64,000 nucleotides of DNA from a virus, in the IMG/VR virus record IMGVR_UViG_3300021401_000004, positions 1-64,000 of that record; one strand, written 5' to 3'. This document shows, piece by piece, positions 59,874 through 64,000 of this stretch (positions are counted from its first letter, which is position 1; every line of letters begins with the position of its first letter). Both the position numbers and the translations under genes were made by a program. The notes under the pieces were generated by a model. The model ran no database searches. It had not been told where the DNA came from and saw only the letters and a list, made by a program, of their open reading frames with translations.

Positions 59874-61934
59874 ATGGCTGACGATAACAATCAGATTCCA
59901 GCACCGCCTAGTGGAACTACAGTCCAAGCGCAGCCACAGGCTCAACCTGCGGGCGGGCAAATTCCTCCGCCCCCCTCGGGCGATATCGTTATGGTGCAGC
60001 CCGCTAGTACGGAAAGCGGACAGCCCGAAGAGTCTACGCTCGGCAAGATCGGCGATGTTGCGGGCGATGTTTCGTCGGGCTTCGGAAACGCCCTGATGGA
60101 TACGGTTCACGGAATCGGAACCCTGCTCAATAAGGTTCCGGGCGTTGGGGAAACGCTCGCCCCTACTGAAGGATTGGCCGCCGAGAAAAAAGGCATACAA
60201 AGCCCGGAAGGAACCGCCCAATGGGTAGGATACGGCGGGGAGAATCTCGCGGAATTCATGCTCGGCGACGAGGCCCTGAAAGGCTTGTCGATGGCCGACA
60301 AGTTCAAACAGATTTCGGGCGCGATGGGTCTTCTTGAGAAAAGCCCGAGATTGATGCGGGCGATTCAGATGGGTGCTGACGTAGGAAAAGCTACGGGCGA
60401 ACTTGGCGAGGAAGCCAAAGCTCTGATCCAAAAGAATCCGTTACTTGCCCGATTAGTCGGGGCGGGAATGGACGCGCTCCGCCAAGGCGCGGTTGCGGGC
60501 GCTCAGGAGACAGCGAAAACTGGTAGTCCGGAAAAAGGATTGAAGGCGGGCGTTGAGCAGGGCGCGACTTCGGGCGTGCTTGGAGCGGCCTTTGGGACGC
60601 TCGGAAGAGTAGCGGAAAAAGCAGGCGAGGCGGGGAAAGCGGTTCAGGAAGCGTCGGAAGCGGGGAAGAATGCTCCAAGTGCTTTGGATATCGGGCAGAA
60701 GGTTGCCGATCAGATTAACGACGCCGAAACCAAGATGCACGGCGACTTTGAGTCCGGAATCCAGAAGCTCAAGGGAGATTTGGGTGACCAAAAAGTCCCG
60801 TATCAAGGTAGCCCGTTACAGAAAGCCGCGAAAGCGACCCTCGAAGGAATTACCGACAAGCAAATTGTTCCAGGGAAAACGGAAGCTACTGGCGTCTTAG
60901 ATGAATTCGGGCAACCGATCACGAAACAAGGCGCAGATACAACCGTTCGAACTACCAAGGGCGCGTTGCCCGAATTCGGAAGTCTTGCGGGCGGATCGCC
61001 CGAAAGCAAGAATATTCTAACAGCTTTGGCTGATCCCAAGAAAACGGGCGACCTTACAATTGACGAGCTTATCCAGCGACGCCAGCAACTCGGGGAAAAG
61101 ATTGGAGTGCTGACGAAAGGCGGAACTAGCTCGGCGGATCGGGCCGACGTTCAAGTTTACCAGAAACTACGCGACGGAATCGACGACACAATCGCGAATC
61201 TTGCGAAGAAGTCTGGGAAGCCCGAGGCCGCGCAGGATTATGATGCTTTGCGCTCGGCGTACAAAGACAAAGTAAAGTTATTCCAGAGTCCAGCGATGCA
61301 GGCTATGTCTGCGCCAGGAGTTGCGAGCGACGTGAAACTTGATAACGCCGCAAAGTATTTACTCCAAGGCGGGAACAAGCTTGACAAGATCAACACGTTG
61401 ACCGAGACAATCGGGGAGCCCGCCGTAAAGGACTTGGGAAAAGGAATCCTCCAGAGCAAGTTAGCCGAAGCTAGCGCGGGCGGGCAAATTAACCCCGCGA
61501 AGTTCGTCAAGAACTTTAAGCAGATTGACCAGCTCCCGCCGGAAGTGAAGGAGAAATTGTTTGATTCGGGCGACGCTCAGAAGGGTTTGGATAAGCTTTC
61601 GGGCGACTTGAAAACAGCAGCAAACTATCAGAAGCTTATTCGAGCGGGAATCGTACTCAATCCGGTTAGCGGAATGGGGCTATTGCTAGGGTCGCTTGCA
61701 AGCGGGGATGCGGAAGGTGCCCGCGAACTTCTCGATAAAATCGCCAACCGCCCCGGAATGTGGTCCGCTTTCCGTACAGCGGGAAAGATTGGGGCGACTC
61801 TAGAAGCATCGTCCGCAGCCCGCAGAGTTGGAACGGCGGCCAAAGGCGCTCTTGGAAACGTCCTTCAGGGGGCAACCGAACCACTGTCGCAGCCCGAAGA
61901 TCAGGATCAACAAGTCGTTTACACGAACCAATAA
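59874..61934 (+). CDS. Putative DNA ejection protein
   Basis: 686-aa A/G/K-rich helical protein. Confidence 0.6.
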   Translation: MADDNNQIPAPPSGTTVQAQPQAQPAGGQIPPPPSGDIVMVQPASTESGQPEESTLGKIGDVAGDVSSGFGNALMDTVHGIGTLLNKVPGVGETLAPTEGLAAEKKGIQSPEGTAQWVGYGGENLAEFMLGDEALKGLSMADKFKQISGAMGLLEKSPRLMRAIQMGADVGKATGELGEEAKALIQKNPLLARLVGAGMDALRQGAVAGAQETAKTGSPEKGLKAGVEQGATSGVLGAAFGTLGRVAEKAGEAGKAVQEASEAGKNAPSALDIGQKVADQINDAETKMHGDFESGIQKLKGDLGDQKVPYQGSPLQKAAKATLEGITDKQIVPGKTEATGVLDEFGQPITKQGADTTVRTTKGALPEFGSLAGGSPESKNILTALADPKKTGDLTIDELIQRRQQLGEKIGVLTKGGTSSADRADVQVYQKLRDGIDDTIANLAKKSGKPEAAQDYDALRSAYKDKVKLFQSPAMQAMSAPGVASDVKLDNAAKYLLQGGNKLDKINTLTETIGEPAVKDLGKGILQSKLAEASAGGQINPAKFVKNFKQIDQLPPEVKEKLFDSGDAQKGLDKLSGDLKTAANYQKLIRAGIVLNPVSGMGLLLGSLASGDAEGARELLDKIANRPGMWSAFRTAGKIGATLEASSAARRVGTAAKGALGNVLQGATEPLSQPEDQDQQVVYTNQ

Positions 61935-61955
61935 TTGCTAACTGTAGGTATACAA

Positions 61956-62102
61956 ATGCCCTTCAAATCAGTCGCGCAGCAGAAATATCTTTACTCACAC
62001 CCGACAATTCTCGGGCGAAAAGCACTGAAAGAGTGGAGCGAAAAGACCAACTTCAAAGCTCTGCCCGAAAAGAAATCCCCAAAGAAATCAGGTAAAAAGT
62101 AA
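61956..62102 (+). CDS. Small basic MPFKS-type phage protein
   Basis: MPFKSVAQQKYL...LPEKK; 48 aa. Confidence 0.65.
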   Translation: MPFKSVAQQKYLYSHPTILGRKALKEWSEKTNFKALPEKKSPKKSGKK

Positions 62103-62316
62103 TGTCGATGAATCCCCAAACTATTCCTACTCCCCTTCAATGCAAGAACTGCGGTGGATCGTTCTCGGACGGCAAATGCCAGTCCTGCGGAAGCCGTGTA
62201 GCCATCGCCCGAAGTCAATTTGAAACTGACCAGCATCTTCGGTCAAGATTAGACGGCGGGGCTTACTTCGTGCATTTCGGGAAGCTCGAAGAACCAGGAC
62301 GCCCGGAACCAGAGCT

Positions 62317-63100
62317 TCATACGGATGAGGAAGAGTAGGCTAAAGGCCCGCTAGATAGTCTGCGGGCGATTCGTTCGGACAGGATATTCCATGCAGTTGC
62401 AGCCACGAGTGGAATTTGTCCGTTTCCAATGGCGTGGATGCGGTCCATGTAGTTGGCCACCCCATTGCCGCCTCTGCAAAGTTGGGGTCGGTATATATCG
62501 GGTCGGTCTCTGAAGTCCTCAATCCCTCGGACATTTTGGCACCACGGTATTGCGGGCTTCCACGGAATCGAACTTTTGAGGAGCCCTTGTATTCGCTGGC
62601 TCCGAGGGTTGGCAGCGAGAATCCATATTCGTTCTCTTTTTATGCCAAGCTCCGCAGGCTTTGCCTGAAAGCACTCCCCATTCCGCATCATACCCCATTT
62701 GGGCAATATCCCGCAAAACTCTGGATAACCCGCGTTTGGTAAGCAGTGGGCTATTTTCAATCCATACAAGGGGAGCTTCACATTCTCGGGCGATTCTAGG
62801 GAAATGCGACCATAGGCCGCTTCGTTCTCCATCCAGACCGAGACCCGTTCCTGCGGCGGCAACGTCTTGGCAAGGAAAGCCGCCCGAAACCACGTCAACA
62901 ATTCCTCGCCACGGGTGTCCGTTGAAGGTACAAACATCGTCCCAAATGGGAAACGGAAGAAGGATGCCGTCATTCTGCCGTTGCATGAGGATTCGGGCGC
63001 AGTAGGGGTTGATTTCCACGGCACACACGGCTCTCCATCCGAGCAGTTTGCTCGCGAGAATTCCTCCACCAGCGCCCGCGAAAAGTGCCAACTCATTCAT
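62317..63100 (-). pseudogene. C5 cytosine methyltransferase, two overlapping subunit frames, +1 frameshift at ~62637-62641
   Basis: LFAGAGG, GGFPCQ and IENS in one frame; RERIWI and IGNG continue in another; removing one A from an A5 run restores both overlapping frames. Confidence 0.8.
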
Positions 63101-63116
63101 AGTTCCTCAGATTGAA

Positions 63117-63145
63117 ATTATACGGAAAACGGAGTAGAAAGTCAA
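63117..63145 (-). promoter_or_regulatory. sigma70 promoter with 13-bp motif in the spacer
   Basis: TTGACT-ttctactccgttttccg-TATAAT. Confidence 0.88.
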
Positions 63146-63409
63146 ATGGCTGACGAAGGACAAGGTGCTCCCGCAGATTTTGGCGGGCGAGTTCTACCTA
63201 ACCCAACGGGGATAAAGCCGACTTCGAGCGAAGACGATGCCCGTAAATCCGACACGCCCGTGGGGGCAAAGTTCAGCGTCCAAAACGCTCCCGCAGATCA
63301 GGACAAGGCGAACGGGATTAGCCCGCACCCTCTGCATTTATACGCGGCTAAGCGCGGCGCTCCCGTCCGAAAACTCGGGGCGTCGCCCGTAGACCCTAAA
63401 CAACACTAG
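63146..63409 (+). CDS. Hypothetical protein
   Basis: 87 aa; GGAG upstream. Confidence 0.55.
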   Translation: MADEGQGAPADFGGRVLPNPTGIKPTSSEDDARKSDTPVGAKFSVQNAPADQDKANGISPHPLHLYAAKRGAPVRKLGASPVDPKQH

Positions 63410-63426
63410 TACGGAAAAAGGATTCT

Positions 63427-63837
63427 ATGGCAAGCACGAACTCCGAACTCTATATCAAAGCCCAACTTATAGAATGCGCTTGGAAATACGGGCAACATTA
63501 TGGCGGGACACCCGCTATGTTGAACATTCTCCACACGTTGAAGAACAGAGAGAAAGCGGGCTTCGGAACCTATCTTCACGTTCTTGACACGGTTGACAAA
63601 TGGCACGCCGCGCCTCCGAAGACAACGCAGCACCCCGACGCCTGGGATCGACGGTTTCTTTCGCTGTACAACGATATTGACGGGATTTGCGACGACACCC
63701 GAAAAGATTCAAGCAACGGTGCTTTGTATTGGGGCGACCTAGCTGACGTTCAATCCGAGTGGTGGTTAACCCACGTCGCCCGAAATCCCGAACGGGTAAG
63801 ATGCGCCGACATGGGAAGTTTAACATTTTTTAAATAA
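63427..63837 (+). CDS. Hypothetical protein, weak SleB/Hydrolase_2 resemblance
   Basis: DSSNGALYW..GSLTFFK C-terminus; no clear catalytic EARGE. Confidence 0.4.
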   Translation: MASTNSELYIKAQLIECAWKYGQHYGGTPAMLNILHTLKNREKAGFGTYLHVLDTVDKWHAAPPKTTQHPDAWDRRFLSLYNDIDGICDDTRKDSSNGALYWGDLADVQSEWWLTHVARNPERVRCADMGSLTFFK

Positions 63838-64000
63838 GGATAAACCGATGAGCGTTTCAACAGTTCCTATTTCCACGCCCGCTAGCTCGTATATCTTTAC
63901 CGATACGGCGATGGGCAACACCGCCGACGACATCAAGGCATCCAGCGCCCTTGTTTATTGGGTTCAGGTGACTAATTCCACGGTTTCCGCTATATATGTG

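Overview
The window is part of a dsDNA tailed-phage genome with podovirus-like architecture. From left to right: small accessory genes (1-7.2 kb); a ~9 kb glycan synthesis and methylation cluster (8.7-17.7 kb); small protein-modifying enzymes; terminase, portal, scaffold and major capsid genes (22-33.7 kb); an RNA cluster (34.7-35.4 kb); collagen-like fibres, adaptor, nozzle and ejection proteins (38.4-61.9 kb); and a DNA methyltransferase. The main findings were read by hand and are absent from the ORF track. (1) The N4-gp56-like major capsid gene (31057-33686) is split into 7 exons by 6 intervening sequences. Five are compact group I introns, one carrying a LAGLIDADG ORF. The sixth is a 48-nt mini-intron that keeps P1, P10, the U.G splice site and the terminal G but has no catalytic core. 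Splicing all six gives a stop-free 347-aa capsid protein. (2) A circularly permuted two-piece tmRNA with tag (A)ATTKPRAFAAAA lies next to a tRNA-like element and other structured RNA candidates. (3) A 13-bp asymmetric motif TACRGAAAAYGRA occurs about 30 times, often directly after stop codons, and inside the spacer of four near-consensus sigma70 promoters of counter-oriented inserted genes, so it looks like an operator or stoperator. (4) GCCCG/CGGGC appears strongly over-represented. (5) An M.EcoHK31I-type overlapping two-frame C5 methyltransferase has both frames broken by one extra A. Protein calls rest on motifs recognised by eye; no database search or folding program was run.
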